Assembly (NCBI GenBank): GCA_034434235.1
Contig: DAOTZV010000182.1
Coordinates: 10,713-74,712 of the forward strand
Length of the DNA stretch: 64,000 nt
Direction: 5' to 3'
Source: Anaerolineae bacterium
GTDB taxonomy: Bacteria; Chloroflexota; Anaerolineae; CG2-30-64-16
Part shown: positions 1 to 10,500 of the stretch, in pieces
Position numbering within the stretch: the first letter of the stretch is position 1
Layout: every line of letters begins with the position of its first letter
The notes under the pieces: generated by a model
Databases searched by the model: none
Told to the model about the DNA's origin: nothing
What the model saw: the letters and a program-made list of their open reading frames with translations, nothing else
Made by a program: the position numbers and the translations under genes

Positions 1-1743
1 ACCGGCGATCCCTTGCCCCCCGGCACGAACGCGGTGATCATGGTGGAAGATGTGCAGGTGCGGGAAGAAGGCCAATCGGCAGATCAGCAAAGCGGCGAAG
101 CGACAGAGCAGCAGGCCGGCCGGGGGGCGATCGAGGTGTTGGCCGCGGTGCCGCCGTGGCAACATGTGCGGCCGATGGGCGAAGACATCGTCGCGACCGA
201 GTTGATCTTGCCGGCCAATCATTTGTTGCGGCCGCAGGATATCGGCGCGGCGGCCGGTGCCGGCCATGCGCGGCTTTGCGTGCGCCGCAAGCCGCGGGTG
301 GCCATCCAGCCGACGGGCACCGAGCTGGTGCCGCCCGGCAGCAACGTGCGGCCGGGCGACATCATCGAGTATAACTCGCTGGTGTTGGGCGCCATGATCA
401 GCGAATGGGGCGCGGCCGTCACCCGCCTGCCGCCGCTCAAGGACGACTACGCCGCGATCCGGGCGCGTATCCTGGAGGCCGGCCGCGACCATGACCTGGT
501 GATCGTCAATGCCGGCTCATCGGCCGGCTCCGAGGACTTCACCGCGCGCATCATCGCCGAGCTGGGCCAGGTGTTGGTGCACGGCATCGCCATCCGGCCG
601 GGCCACCCGGTGATCCTGGGGTTGATCGAGCTGCCGGAAGAGACGAGAAACAGCGAGCGTCAAGCGTCAAGCGTCAAACGCCGGATGCCGGTGATCGGGT
701 TGCCGGGGTATCCGGTGTCGGCCGCGATCACGTGCGAGCTGGTCGTTCGCCCCACGATTGCGCGCTGGTTGGGCCAGCCGGTGGAGCCGCCGGCCGAGAT
801 CACCGCCACGATCACGCGCAAAGTCGTGAGCCCGGAGGGGGAAGAGGAGTTCCTGCGCGTGACGGTGGGCCAGGTGGGCGATCGCGTGGTGGCCACTCCT
901 TTGCCGGGCGGCTCCGGCGTGCTGATGTCGCTGGTGCGGGCCGACGGCATCGTGCGCATTCCGCGCGGCGAGGGCGGCTTCGAGCCGGGCACGGCCGTCA
1001 CCGTGGCGCTCTACCGCTCGCCGGCCGCCATCCGCCACACGATCGTGGCCATCGGCAGCCACGACCTGACCCTCGACCTGCTGGCCGACGAGCTGGGCCG
1101 GCGCCAGCCCGGCTGGCGGCTCAGCTCGGCTAACGTCGGCAGCCTGGGCGGGCTGTTGGCGCTCGGCCGCGGCGAGGCGCACCTGGCCGGCTCGCACCTG
1201 CTCGACGAGACGACCGGCGAGTACAATCTGCCGTACATCCGGCGCTACCTGGCCGGCGTTCCCGTGCGCGTGATCGGCTTCGTGCGTCGCGTGCAGGGAT
1301 TGATCGTGCCGCGCGGCAACCCCAAGGGGATTCGCGATCTGGCCGATCTGACCCGCCCCGACGTGAGCTTCATCAACCGGCAGCGCGGCGCGGGCACGCG
1401 CATCCTGCTCGATTACCGCCTGAAACAGGCGGGCATCAACCCGCGGCAGATCCAGGGCTACGAGCGCCAGGAGTTCACGCACCTGGCCGTGGCGGCCGCG
1501 GTTGCTTCGGGCGCGGCCGATTGCGGCCTGGGCATCCTGGCCGCGGCCCGTGCGCTGGATCTCGACTTCGTGCCTCTGGACGAAGAGCGGTACGACCTCA
1601 TCGTGCCGGCGCGCTTCTACGACGAGCCGCTCCTGGCGCCGCTGCTGGCGATCGTGAGAGATCCGGCGTTCCAGGCCCGCGTGGAGGCGTTGGGCGGCTA
1701 CACGGCCGCCGACATGGGAAAGGTGTTGGCAGAAGTAGAATGA
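1..1743 (+). CDS. moeA: Molybdopterin molybdenumtransferase MoeA fused to a C-terminal PBP-like (periplasmic-binding-protein-like, molybdate/tungstate-type) domain. The 5' end is truncated by the window edge.
   Basis: The frame is open from nt 1 with no start codon; roughly 100 aa of MoeA N-terminus are missing. MoeA motifs are present: LPPGTNAVMVED, IRPGHPV, GLPGYPVSA. The C-terminal ~230 aa (HTIVAIGSHDLTLD...INRQRGAGTRILLD) resembles the PBP-like module often fused to MoeA. The stop overlaps the next gene's start (ATGATG at 1740-1745). Confidence 0.8.
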   Translation, partial: TGDPLPPGTNAVIMVEDVQVREEGQSADQQSGEATEQQAGRGAIEVLAAVPPWQHVRPMGEDIVATELILPANHLLRPQDIGAAAGAGHARLCVRRKPRVAIQPTGTELVPPGSNVRPGDIIEYNSLVLGAMISEWGAAVTRLPPLKDDYAAIRARILEAGRDHDLVIVNAGSSAGSEDFTARIIAELGQVLVHGIAIRPGHPVILGLIELPEETRNSERQASSVKRRMPVIGLPGYPVSAAITCELVVRPTIARWLGQPVEPPAEITATITRKVVSPEGEEEFLRVTVGQVGDRVVATPLPGGSGVLMSLVRADGIVRIPRGEGGFEPGTAVTVALYRSPAAIRHTIVAIGSHDLTLDLLADELGRRQPGWRLSSANVGSLGGLLALGRGEAHLAGSHLLDETTGEYNLPYIRRYLAGVPVRVIGFVRRVQGLIVPRGNPKGIRDLADLTRPDVSFINRQRGAGTRILLDYRLKQAGINPRQIQGYERQEFTHLAVAAAVASGAADCGLGILAAARALDLDFVPLDEERYDLIVPARFYDEPLLAPLLAIVRDPAFQARVEALGGYTAADMGKVLAEVE

Positions 1744-2126
1744 TGGATGAACAAACCCACGCGACCCGCGCAGAGACATCGCCGGCGCGCGTCTTGCCCC
1801 TGCCCCCGCCGACCCGGCCGATCCCGCGGCTGATCCTGTGGGATGGGTCGGGCCGGCCCGACGAAGAGACGCTGCGCGGCCGGCTTGCGGCCGCGGGCTA
1901 TCAGGTCGTGAAATGGTCGAACGAGCCGGCTACGGGCTATCCGCCGCACGCGCACATCTACCCGGAGCTGCTCTGGCTCATCAGCGGAAGCCTGACGGTG
2001 ATCCTGACGGCCGAGCGCCGGCTGCTCGAGCTGGCGCCGGGCGACCGCATCGAGATCCCCCAGGGACTGATGCACGGCACCATGGCCGGGCCGGACGGCG
2101 CCAGCTATCTCCTGGCGACGAAATAG
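1740..2126 (+). CDS. Small cupin-domain protein
   Basis: ATG at 1740 overlaps the moeA stop. Cupin motifs GYPPHAHIYPELLWLISG ... GDRIEIPQGLMHG. 128 aa. Confidence 0.6.
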   Translation: MMDEQTHATRAETSPARVLPLPPPTRPIPRLILWDGSGRPDEETLRGRLAAAGYQVVKWSNEPATGYPPHAHIYPELLWLISGSLTVILTAERRLLELAPGDRIEIPQGLMHGTMAGPDGASYLLATK

Positions 2127-2135
2127 GACGCCGGC

Positions 2136-3278
2136 TCAGCTCCGGGTCAGCTCGCGGGCGATGATCACGCGCTGGATCTGGCTGGTGCCCTCGTAGATCT
2201 GGTAGATCTTGGCGTCGCGCATCAGCTTCTCGACCGGATATTCGCGACCGTAGCCGTAGCCGCCGAAGACCTGGACCGCGTCGGTGGTGGCTTGCATGCA
2301 CATATCGGCCGCGAAGGCCTTGGCGAAGGCGGCCTCTTTGACGTTGGGTTGTCCGTGATCCACCAGCCAGGCCGCCTTCCAGGTGAGGAGGCGAGCGGCC
2401 TCGATGTTCATCGCCATGTCGGCCAACATGAAGCTGATCGCCTGGTGCGCGATGAGCGGCTTGCCGAAGGCCCGGCGCTCCTGGGCGTAGCGCAGCGCCT
2501 CCTCGAGCGCCCGGCGGGCCACGCCGACGGCTGCCGCGGCCACCGGCGGCCGGGAGTGGTCGAAGACGCGCATGGCGAGCAGAAAGCCTTCCCCTTCGCC
2601 CCCCAAACGCGCTTCCAGCGGGACGCGGACATCCTCCAGGACGATCTCGCCCGTCCAGGCCGCGTGTTGGCCCATCTTCGGGATCGGCTTGCCGCAGGCG
2701 ACCCCGGGCCGGTCGCGCTCCACGATGAACGCAGTGATGCCCTGGTGCCGCGCGGCCGGATCGGTCTTGGCGAACACGACGAAGAAGCTGGCGACCGGCG
2801 CGTTGGTGATCCAGGTCTTGGTGCCGTTCAGGATGTACTCGTCGCCGCGGCGCACCGCGGTCGCCTGGATGCCCGCCACATCGGAGCCGGCCGCGGGTTC
2901 CGTGAGCGCGTAGGCGGCCAGTTCGCCGCCGTCAGTCAGGCGCGGCAGGTATCGTTGCTTCTGCTCCTCGGTGCCGGCCAACAGGATCGGCCAGGCGGCC
3001 AGGTTGTTCAGCATGATCGCCGTCTGGATGCCCGAGCACGCCCAGGCCAGTTCCTCGTTGATGAGACATTCTTCCAGCACGCCCAATCCCGGGCCGCCGT
3101 ATTCCGGCGGGATGTTGGAGCTGAGCAAGCCCAGCTTCTGCGCCTTCTTGATGATGGGCCAGGGGTATTCGTCGCTGCGGTCGTAGTGCTCGGCGGCGGG
3201 CAAGATTTCCTTTTGCGCGAACCGCCGCGCCGTGTCGCGGATCATCTCTTGCTCTGCGGAGAGGGTGAAGTCAAGCAT
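2136..3278 (-). CDS. Acyl-CoA dehydrogenase
   Basis: Full-length ACAD fold: [22 protein letters not shown]..., GGYGY..., C-terminal [18 protein letters not shown]. The ORF's first 8 codons are trimmed to the MLDF start. Confidence 0.9.
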   Translation of the reverse strand: MLDFTLSAEQEMIRDTARRFAQKEILPAAEHYDRSDEYPWPIIKKAQKLGLLSSNIPPEYGGPGLGVLEECLINEELAWACSGIQTAIMLNNLAAWPILLAGTEEQKQRYLPRLTDGGELAAYALTEPAAGSDVAGIQATAVRRGDEYILNGTKTWITNAPVASFFVVFAKTDPAARHQGITAFIVERDRPGVACGKPIPKMGQHAAWTGEIVLEDVRVPLEARLGGEGEGFLLAMRVFDHSRPPVAAAAVGVARRALEEALRYAQERRAFGKPLIAHQAISFMLADMAMNIEAARLLTWKAAWLVDHGQPNVKEAAFAKAFAADMCMQATTDAVQVFGGYGYGREYPVEKLMRDAKIYQIYEGTSQIQRVIIARELTRS

Positions 3279-3289
3279 CGGAACACCTC

Positions 3290-4999
3290 CTATTCCACCC
3301 ACAACGGCACGAACTTGAATTGATCCACGTCTACCAGCCCCATGTCCGTCAGCTTTAGATGCGGGATCACCTCCAGCGCCAGGAAACTGAGGGTCATGAA
3401 AGGATCATGGAGGGCCGTGCCCAGGCTACGCGCGGCCTCGATGACCTCGTCGAGCTGGCGACGCACCTCGGTGATCGGCCGGTTGGACATCAGCCCGGCG
3501 ACCGGCAGCGGCAGGCGGGCCAGGATGCGCACTCCGTCGGCTACGGCCAATCCGCCGCCCATGTCCGCGATGGCGCCGGCCGCGGTGGAGAGCGAGATGT
3601 TGTCGGTGCCCGCGACCACCAGGTTGTGATGGTCGTGCGCGATGGTGGACGCGATCGCGCCCCGGCGCAATCCCAATCCCTGCACGAACCCCTTGCCCAC
3701 CCGGCCGGTCGCCATGTGCCGCTCGATCACGGCCATCTTGAGGATATCGCGCTCGATATCGGGCACGGCGAAGCCCGAAGCCGTGGGGATCTCCAGGATG
3801 CGGTCTTCGGTGATCAGGCTATCGGGCACCGCGCCGATGACGTGCGCATAGCGCCCTTCGGCCGGGATGGTGAAGTCTACCGTGTGCCAGTTGACGTTCA
3901 TCGAACCGCGCAGATAAGAAGGCCGATCGGGCAGATCGAAAGGCAACAACCGGCCGTTTTCGGCCACGATCTGGCCGCTGCGGATCACCAGGCGCACGCG
4001 AAACTCCTGGGGATCGTCGAACACGATCAGGTCGGCGCGGCTGCCGGGCCGGATGCCCCCGCGATCGTAGAGGCGGAACCATTCGGCCGTGTTGAGGGTC
4101 GCCATGCGGATCGCCGTCACCAGATCCACGCCCCCGCGAATGGCCGCGCGCACCAGGTGATCCACGCTCCCTTCGTCCAGCAGGTCGGCCGGGTGGCGGT
4201 CGTCGGTGCAGAAGCAGATGCGCCGCGCGTTGTCGCAGGAGAGGAGCGGCAACAGCTCGCCCAGGTTGTGCGCGTTGGTGGCCTCTCGAATGAGGACGTA
4301 CATGCCCAGGCGCAGTTTCTCGCGTGCCTCCTCTACGGTCGTGCATTCGTGATCCGAGCCGATGCCGGCGGCCAGGTAGGCATTCAGCGCCTTGCCCGTC
4401 AGGCCGGGCGCGTGGCCATCGAGCACCCGGCTCTTGAACGCCTCGATCTTCTCCAGCGTGTTCGGGTCTTCGTTGACCACCCCCGGGTAGTTCATCATCT
4501 CGCCCAGGCCGAGCACCCAGCGGTCGTTTTGCAGCGCGGCGATGTCCTTCGCCTCCAGATATGCGCCGGCGGTCGCCATGTGGGTGGCCGGGACGCACGA
4601 AGGCACCATCACGAACATGCTGAGCTGGCCGTATTTCGCCTGATCGAACATGTAACGGATGCCGTCGAGCCCCAACACGTTGGTGATCTCGTGCGGATCG
4701 GCGATGACCGAGGTGACTCCGCGCGGCACGACCGCGGCCGCGAACTGGCGCACGCCCACCATCGAGCTTTCGATGTGGACGTGCGCGTCTATCAGGCCGG
4801 GCGCCAGGTAGCTGCCGGCCAGGTCTATCTCGCGCTGTCCCTCGTAGCCGGGACCGATGCCGGCGATGCGGGCGTTGTAGATCGCCACATCGGTGGGGTA
4901 GATCTCGCCCGAATAAACGTTCACCAGTTGCGCGTTGCGCAACACCAGATCGGCCGGCGCGTCGCCCCGCGCCACGCGTATCAGGCCATTCAGTTCCAT
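3290..4999 (-). CDS. ade: Adenine deaminase
   Basis: Amidohydrolase metal-binding signature: [13 protein letters not shown], ...DHE..., [10 protein letters not shown], ~569 aa as expected for Ade. Start MELNGL has an AGGAGG RBS 7 nt upstream on the minus strand. Confidence 0.85.
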   Translation of the reverse strand: MELNGLIRVARGDAPADLVLRNAQLVNVYSGEIYPTDVAIYNARIAGIGPGYEGQREIDLAGSYLAPGLIDAHVHIESSMVGVRQFAAAVVPRGVTSVIADPHEITNVLGLDGIRYMFDQAKYGQLSMFVMVPSCVPATHMATAGAYLEAKDIAALQNDRWVLGLGEMMNYPGVVNEDPNTLEKIEAFKSRVLDGHAPGLTGKALNAYLAAGIGSDHECTTVEEAREKLRLGMYVLIREATNAHNLGELLPLLSCDNARRICFCTDDRHPADLLDEGSVDHLVRAAIRGGVDLVTAIRMATLNTAEWFRLYDRGGIRPGSRADLIVFDDPQEFRVRLVIRSGQIVAENGRLLPFDLPDRPSYLRGSMNVNWHTVDFTIPAEGRYAHVIGAVPDSLITEDRILEIPTASGFAVPDIERDILKMAVIERHMATGRVGKGFVQGLGLRRGAIASTIAHDHHNLVVAGTDNISLSTAAGAIADMGGGLAVADGVRILARLPLPVAGLMSNRPITEVRRQLDEVIEAARSLGTALHDPFMTLSFLALEVIPHLKLTDMGLVDVDQFKFVPLWVE

Positions 5000-5031
5000 G
5001 ACGCCTCCTGTCGCGAAGAGATACCCGTGCC

Positions 5032-5082
5032 GCAAGCCAGAGGCTTGCACAGGCCGAAAGGGCCACAAGCCAGAGGCTTGTG
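5032..5082. repeat. Two tandem copies of a palindrome of the form (C)ACAAGCC-AGA-GGCTTGTG, lying in the ade 5' leader of the divergent ade/BMP intergenic region
   Basis: GCAAGCCAGAGGCTTGC at 5032-5048 and CACAAGCCAGAGGCTTGTG at 5064-5082. The same palindrome family (CAAGCC-TCC-GGCTTG) recurs at 49112 and 56064. Confidence 0.7.
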
Positions 5083-5138
5083 CAACCTCAACACATGCGA
5101 TTTGACCGATTATACCACATCCACATGATGCCAGTCAT

Positions 5139-5166
5139 TTGCAGAAATGCAGCTTTCGGCTAGAAT
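5139..5166 (+). promoter_or_regulatory. Candidate sigma70-type promoter for the BMP ABC transporter operon
   Basis: TTGCAG-N16-TAGAAT. It sits ~150 nt upstream of the ATG at 5314. Confidence 0.35.
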
Positions 5167-5313
5167 AGCGATTGTAATCTCAGCGGTACCGGCCGATTCA
5201 CGCATGGCAGATTGTACTCCGACAGAAAGGTGGTGATCGAGCGACCGATTTCCGTGTCTTTCCCCGTTTGCCGACGATTCAAATTCCGCATGTCACCCAG
5301 AAGGAGGAGCACC

Positions 5314-6600
5314 ATGTTGCACAAACGCTTTTGGGGCCTGGTGGCCCTGTTGACCGTCCTGTCTCTCATCGTGGGCGCCTGCGCGCCCGCCCCCACGCCC
5401 GCGCCTGCGCCGGCCGCCAAGGCCGAGCCGACCAAGGCGCCGGAAGCGCCGAAGGCGGCCGAACCGACCAAGGCCCCGGAGAAGCCGGCCTTGCAGATCC
5501 CCGATGTCGTCCAGGGCAAGTTCAACGTCGCCATGGTCTTGATCGGCCCGCACGATGACGGCGGCTGGAGCCAGGCCCACTACGAAGGCCTCGAGTACAT
5601 CAAGGCCAATGTGCCCAACGTGAATGTCGCCTACGTCGAGAACGTGCCCGAGGGCACCGACTCGGAGCAGGTGTTCCGCAGCCTGGCCCGCAAGGGCTTC
5701 AACCTGATCTTCGGCACCTCGTTCGGCTTCATGGATCCGATGGAGACGGTCGCCAACGAGTTCCCCAAGGTCATGTTCGTCCACATCAGCGGCTATAAGT
5801 CCAACGAGAAGAACTTCGGCAACCTGTTCGGCGCGATGGAAGACATGAAATACCTGGCCGGCATGATCGCCGGCGCGCGGGCCAAGAAGGACGGCAACCC
5901 CAAGCTCGGCTACATGGCCACCTTCCCCATTCCCGAAGAGCTGCGCCTGGGCAACGCCATCGCGCTCGGCATGAAGAAGACGTGCCCGGAGTGCACCATG
6001 GACGTGCGCTGGATCAACACCTGGCACGATCCGGTCATCGAGAAGCAGGCCGCCGAATCGCTATTCGATGCCGGCGCGCAGGTGGTCTTCACCGGCGCGG
6101 ATACGCCGGCCGTGGCCGATGTGGCGCAGGCCAAGGGCAAGTGGGGCGTCACCTATGACTGGGTGGGCTCCTGCAAGGTGGAGCGCTGCCTCACCGCACC
6201 GTACTGGAACTGGGGCCCCATCTATGCCGACATCACCAAGAAAGTCCAGGCCGGCACCTACAAGCCGGGGTGGCAGTATTTCGACGCGGATTCCGGCGGC
6301 CTGGGCATCTACGGCCTGATGGAAGGCCAGAAGCTGACGAAGGGCATGGAGGATCTGCCGCCCGAGGTCATCAAGGATGTCAAGGATCTGCTGGCCAAGA
6401 TGCTGAAGGGCGAGTTCACCCGCTTCGATGTCTTCGCCGGCGAGATCAAGGACAACAAGGGCAAGGTGATCGTGCCCAAGGGCGAGAAGATGCAGCAAGC
6501 CGACCTGGATCAGTTCCCGCCCGGCGCCGAGGGCCTGAAGTGCAAGTACTGCATGTACTGGTGGGCCGAGGGCATCACCGCGGAGCTGCCGAAACAATAA
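5314..6600 (+). CDS. BMP-family (basic membrane lipoprotein, Med/PnrA-like) ABC transporter substrate-binding lipoprotein, probably for purine nucleosides
   Basis: GAAGGAGGAG RBS, then a signal peptide with a LIVGAC lipobox, an Ala/Pro/Lys-rich linker, and a BMP fold (VAMVLIGPHDDGGWSQAHYEGL...). Confidence 0.85.
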   Translation: MLHKRFWGLVALLTVLSLIVGACAPAPTPAPAPAAKAEPTKAPEAPKAAEPTKAPEKPALQIPDVVQGKFNVAMVLIGPHDDGGWSQAHYEGLEYIKANVPNVNVAYVENVPEGTDSEQVFRSLARKGFNLIFGTSFGFMDPMETVANEFPKVMFVHISGYKSNEKNFGNLFGAMEDMKYLAGMIAGARAKKDGNPKLGYMATFPIPEELRLGNAIALGMKKTCPECTMDVRWINTWHDPVIEKQAAESLFDAGAQVVFTGADTPAVADVAQAKGKWGVTYDWVGSCKVERCLTAPYWNWGPIYADITKKVQAGTYKPGWQYFDADSGGLGIYGLMEGQKLTKGMEDLPPEVIKDVKDLLAKMLKGEFTRFDVFAGEIKDNKGKVIVPKGEKMQQADLDQFPPGAEGLKCKYCMYWWAEGITAELPKQ

Positions 6601-6718
6601 GCTGGAAGCTAGAAGCTGGTAGCTGGTAGGGCGGTAGATCGGCGAGCCGATTGAGTCGGCTGCCGATCTACCGGCATGTGGTCTTCGCCTACCGGCATGT
6701 GATCCTCGCGAGGTTCTG

Positions 6719-8266
6719 ATGCCCGAACCCGTGAACGCCGTGGAGATGCACGGCATCGTCAAACGGTTTCCCGGCGTCCTGGCCAACGATCACGTGGACT
6801 TCGTGCTGCGCCAGGGCGAGGTGCATGCCTTGCTCGGCGAAAACGGGGCGGGCAAGAGCACCTTGATGAACATCCTGGCCGGCCTCTATCGGCCCGACCA
6901 GGGCACGATCCTGGTGAACGGCCAGCGCGTCCACTTCAACTCCCCGCGCGATGCCATCGCCGCCGGCATCGGCATGATCCATCAACACTTCATGCTGGTC
7001 CCTTCGCAGACCGTCACCGAGAACATCGTCCTCGGCCTGGATACCCCGCGCTTCTTCCTCCGCCTGGCCGAGCTGGACCGCCAGATCCTGGAGCTGCAAG
7101 CCCGCTACGGCCTGAAGGTGGACCCCAAGGCCAAGATCTGGCAGTTGTCGGTCGGCGAACAGCAGCGCGTGGAGATCCTCAAGATGCTCTACCGCGGCGC
7201 GCGGGTGCTCATCATGGACGAGCCGACCGCGGTGTTGACCCCGCAAGAGGTCGAAGAGCTGTTCGTCACCCTGCGCGGCATGGTCGCCAGCGGACATTCG
7301 ATCGTCTTCATCAGCCACAAGCTGGACGAGGTGCTCGCCATCGCCCATCGGATCACCGTGTTGCAACATGGCCGGGTGACTGCCGCCGGGCTGGACGCCC
7401 GGTCGGTGACCAAGCGTCAGCTTGCGCAGTTGATGGTCGGCCGCGAGGTGGTGTTCACCGTGCAGAAGCCGCCGGCCCGGCGGGGCGAGGTGGTGTTGCG
7501 CATCGAAGACATCTGGGCCGACAGCGATCGCGGCCTGCCGGCCCTGAAGGGGCTTTCGCTTGAGGTGTGCAGCGGCGAGATCGTCGGCGTGGCGGGGGTG
7601 GCCGGCAACGGACAAAGCGAGCTGGCCCAGGTGATCACCGGCCTGCGCAAGTGTCGCCGCGGCCGGGTGCTCATCAACGGCCAGGACATCGCCAACCGGT
7701 CGCCGGCCGCGGCCATCGCGCAGCAGATCGCCCACGTGCCGGAAGACCGCACGGGCGTGGGCACTGCGCCCGGCCTGAGCGTGGCCGACAACCTGATCAT
7801 GAAGAGCTATCGGTTGCCGCCGGTCTCCGACGGCTGGGTGCTCAACCGCCCCGTGATCCGCCAGCAGGCCGAGAAGCTCAAGACAGATTACGACATCATC
7901 GCGCCGTCGGTGGATGTCCAGGCGCGGCTGCTGTCGGGCGGCAACCTGCAGAAGGCCATCCTGGCGCGCGAGATGTCGGCCGGACCAAAGCTGATCGTCG
8001 CGGTGCAGCCGACGCGCGGGCTCGACGTGGGCGCGATCGAGGCGGTGCAACGCGTGCTGCTCAACGAGCGCAGCCGCGGCACGGCCATCCTGCTCATCTC
8101 CGAGGAGCTCGACGAGTTGATGTCGCTCTCCGATCGCATCATCGTGATGTATGAAGGCGAGATCATGGGCGAAGTGAAGCCCGAGGAGACCACCCTGGAA
8201 CAGCTCGGCCTGATGATGGCCGGCCAGAAGCTGGAACAGGCTCAGATCACCCCTGCCGCTGAGTGA
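6719..8266 (+). CDS. ABC transporter ATP-binding protein with two fused ABC domains
   Basis: Two Walker A/signature sets: GENGAGKST...LSVGEQQRVEI...IMDEPT, and GVAGNGQSEL...LSGGNLQK. Confidence 0.9.
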   Translation: MPEPVNAVEMHGIVKRFPGVLANDHVDFVLRQGEVHALLGENGAGKSTLMNILAGLYRPDQGTILVNGQRVHFNSPRDAIAAGIGMIHQHFMLVPSQTVTENIVLGLDTPRFFLRLAELDRQILELQARYGLKVDPKAKIWQLSVGEQQRVEILKMLYRGARVLIMDEPTAVLTPQEVEELFVTLRGMVASGHSIVFISHKLDEVLAIAHRITVLQHGRVTAAGLDARSVTKRQLAQLMVGREVVFTVQKPPARRGEVVLRIEDIWADSDRGLPALKGLSLEVCSGEIVGVAGVAGNGQSELAQVITGLRKCRRGRVLINGQDIANRSPAAAIAQQIAHVPEDRTGVGTAPGLSVADNLIMKSYRLPPVSDGWVLNRPVIRQQAEKLKTDYDIIAPSVDVQARLLSGGNLQKAILAREMSAGPKLIVAVQPTRGLDVGAIEAVQRVLLNERSRGTAILLISEELDELMSLSDRIIVMYEGEIMGEVKPEETTLEQLGLMMAGQKLEQAQITPAAE

Positions 8267-8273
8267 GGAACCG

Positions 8274-9398
8274 ATGGCCATGACTGAAACGACCGCAACG
8301 GGGTTGCGCGTGCCCTTCACCCTGCGCGTCGAGCCGCGCCTCGAAGTGCCGCGCTGGCTGGGCGCTGTTACATCGGCCGGCGCGCTGATCCTGGCCTTCG
8401 TGATCGGCGGCGGGATCATCGCGCTGGCGGGCGGCGATCCGATTCGCTCGTATCAACATATCTTCAAGGCCGCGTTCGGCAGCGTGGGCGTGCTGAACGA
8501 TACGCTGGTCAAAGCGACCCCGCTCATCCTGGTGGGACTGGCGTGCGCGCTGGCGTTTCGGATGCGGCTGTGGAACATCGGCGCAGAGGGGCAGTTCTTC
8601 CTGGGCGCCTGGGGTGCCAGCGCGGTGGTCTTGATCCCCTTGCTCCCCAAGACCGCGCCGCGACCGCTCATGTTGTTCGTCATGGCGCTGGCGGGCTTCG
8701 CCTGTGGCGCGCTGTGGGCCTGGTTGCCCGGCTATCTGAGGGCCAGGTTGAACGTCAACGAAGTGGTCACCACCCTGATGATGAACTACATCGCCGTCTC
8801 GTGGGTGCTCTATTGGGTGTTCGGCGCGTGGAGCGAGGGGGGCTTCCAGATGTCCCCCGTTTTCCCGAAGAACGCCTGGTTGCCGCGGCTGACCGATTAC
8901 GCCGGCGCTGTAGAAGCCTTCGCCGGCCTGACGCTGCATTTGGGCTTCTTGTTCGGCCTGATCGCGGCCGTGCTGGTATGGTTCATCCTGCAACGCAGCC
9001 GCTGGGGCTATGAGATCCGGCTGATCGGCGACAATCCGCGCGCGGCGCATTACGCGGGCGTGAACATGGTGCGCAACACCGTGCTGGTGATGATGCTTTC
9101 GGGCGGGCTGGCCGGACTGGCCGGCATGTCGGAGATCGCCGGCGTGGTCCATCGGCTCCAGGGCGCGATCTCGCCCGGCTACGGCTTCACGGGCATCATC
9201 GTCGCCTGGCTGGCCAAGCTCAATCCGTTCGCGGTGGTATTGGTCTCGGTCCTGTTCGGCGGCCTGATCCTGGCCGGCCGCGAGATCCAGCCTTCGGGCG
9301 TGCCGCGCATGCTTCAAGGCGTCATCCTCTTCTGCGTGATCGCCAGTGATGTCCTGCTGCGCTATCGGGTGCGGATCGTGCGGCGAGGTGCCGAATGA
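8274..9398 (+). CDS. ABC transporter permease (BMP-type)
   Basis: Polytopic membrane protein in an operon with the BMP binding protein and ATPase. Its end overlaps the next permease by 4 nt. Confidence 0.85.
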   Translation: MAMTETTATGLRVPFTLRVEPRLEVPRWLGAVTSAGALILAFVIGGGIIALAGGDPIRSYQHIFKAAFGSVGVLNDTLVKATPLILVGLACALAFRMRLWNIGAEGQFFLGAWGASAVVLIPLLPKTAPRPLMLFVMALAGFACGALWAWLPGYLRARLNVNEVVTTLMMNYIAVSWVLYWVFGAWSEGGFQMSPVFPKNAWLPRLTDYAGAVEAFAGLTLHLGFLFGLIAAVLVWFILQRSRWGYEIRLIGDNPRAAHYAGVNMVRNTVLVMMLSGGLAGLAGMSEIAGVVHRLQGAISPGYGFTGIIVAWLAKLNPFAVVLVSVLFGGLILAGREIQPSGVPRMLQGVILFCVIASDVLLRYRVRIVRRGAE

Positions 9399-10363
9399 TT
9401 GACTGGATCATCGTCCTCCAGGCCGGCGTGGCCACCGGCACCGTGCTCCTCTTCGCGACCGTCGGCGAGATCCTGGCCGAGCGGTCCGGCGTCATGAACC
9501 TGGGCGTCGAGGGGATGATGCTGATCGGCGCGATGACGGCGTACAAGACGGCCGTCCTGATCGGCCAGCCGTGGCTGGGCGTCCTTTTCGCGATGCTGGC
9601 GGCCGGCGCGCTGAGCCTGCTTCATGCGCTGGTGACGATCAGCTTTCAGGCCGACCAGGTGGTGAGCGGCCTGGCGACGAACTTCATGGGGATCGGGTTG
9701 AGCCTGGTGTTGGGCGAGGGATTGAGCAAGGCCGGCACCGTGGCGTTGTTGCCTTCGTACACCGTGCCGATCCTGAGCAGCATTCCGATCATCGGGCCGA
9801 TCTTTTTCACCAATCACAGCGTGATGGTGTATGTGGGTTATTTGTTGACGCCGGCCGTCTGGTTCTACATCAATCGGACGCGGCCCGGGTTGCATCTGCG
9901 CGCAGTGGGCGAATATCCGGCTGCGGCCGATGCGCTCGGCATCAACGTCTATCGCCTGCGCTATCAGTATGTCTTCGTCGGCGGCGTATTGGCCGGACTG
10001 GCCGGCGCCACGATCAGCCTGGCGGTATCGCCCGGCTGGTTCAGCGAGCTGACCACTTCGGGCCAGGGGTGGATCGCCATCGGCCTGGTGATCTTCGCTC
10101 AGTGGGATCCGTGGCGGGCGCTCGCCGGCGCGTATATGTTCGGCGCGGTCCGCCGTCTGATCCTGGACCTGCAGGGGCCGCAGACGCTGCTCGGCCTGGC
10201 CAATCCCTTCTACTACATGCCGAAGCTGGGCTTCTTCCTCCAGATGTTGCCGTATGCCCTCGTGATCCTGATCCTTTTCATCGGTTCACGCGAGGCGATG
10301 AGAAAACGCATCGGCGCGCCGGCCGCGCTGGGCACGCCCTACGTGCGCGGGGAGCGCGGATAG
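9395..10363 (+). CDS. ABC transporter permease (BMP-type)
   Basis: Second permease of the operon, hydrophobic throughout. Confidence 0.85.
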   Translation: MIDWIIVLQAGVATGTVLLFATVGEILAERSGVMNLGVEGMMLIGAMTAYKTAVLIGQPWLGVLFAMLAAGALSLLHALVTISFQADQVVSGLATNFMGIGLSLVLGEGLSKAGTVALLPSYTVPILSSIPIIGPIFFTNHSVMVYVGYLLTPAVWFYINRTRPGLHLRAVGEYPAAADALGINVYRLRYQYVFVGGVLAGLAGATISLAVSPGWFSELTTSGQGWIAIGLVIFAQWDPWRALAGAYMFGAVRRLILDLQGPQTLLGLANPFYYMPKLGFFLQMLPYALVILILFIGSREAMRKRIGAPAALGTPYVRGERG

Positions 10364-10382
10364 ACGCGGGAGGAACGCCTCG

Positions 10383-10419
10383 TATAAAACAAAACGCCCG
10401 CCCCCTCTTCAGGGGCGGG
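10383..10419 (-). terminator. Intrinsic-terminator-like GC hairpin with a U-tract on the minus strand. It may act for both convergent genes.
   Basis: GCCCGCCCC-TCTTCA-GGGGCGGGC, preceded on the plus strand by TAAAACAAAAC (read as GTTTTGTTTTA on the minus strand). It lies between the permease end (10363) and the end of the minus-strand repeat protein (10501). Confidence 0.5.
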
Positions 10420-10500
10420 CCACGATCGGCCTGAAATCACAGCCAACATGTTCGGCCCTCGTCGGTCGAGCCGCGCCGGGATGATGTGCCGCTGTGCGCC

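Noticed and set aside
667-1779. Long antisense or alternative-frame ORFs overlapping confident genes. Examples: 667-1779(-), 2292-3323(+), 3359-5128(+), 5293-6027(-), 6689-8419(-), 13191-14891(+), 15506-17086(-), 18074-20566(-), 20406-22148(-), 23042-25162(-), 26234-28528(-), 26320-28611(+), 29392-31575(-), 33457-35313(+), 41221-42723(-), 42048-43376(+), 61060-62940(+).
   Set aside because: Typical high-GC shadow ORFs. Their translations are Arg/Pro/Gly/Ala-rich low-complexity with no recognisable domains, and each overlaps a gene with clear family signatures on the other strand or frame.
5167-5313. Purine riboswitch in the ~150-nt leader of the BMP nucleoside transporter operon
   Set aside because: Looked for the conserved purine-riboswitch junction/loop sequences (U-rich core, GGGAUAUGGCCC-like P2/P3 loops) and did not see them. 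The leader may still be regulatory but cannot be assigned.
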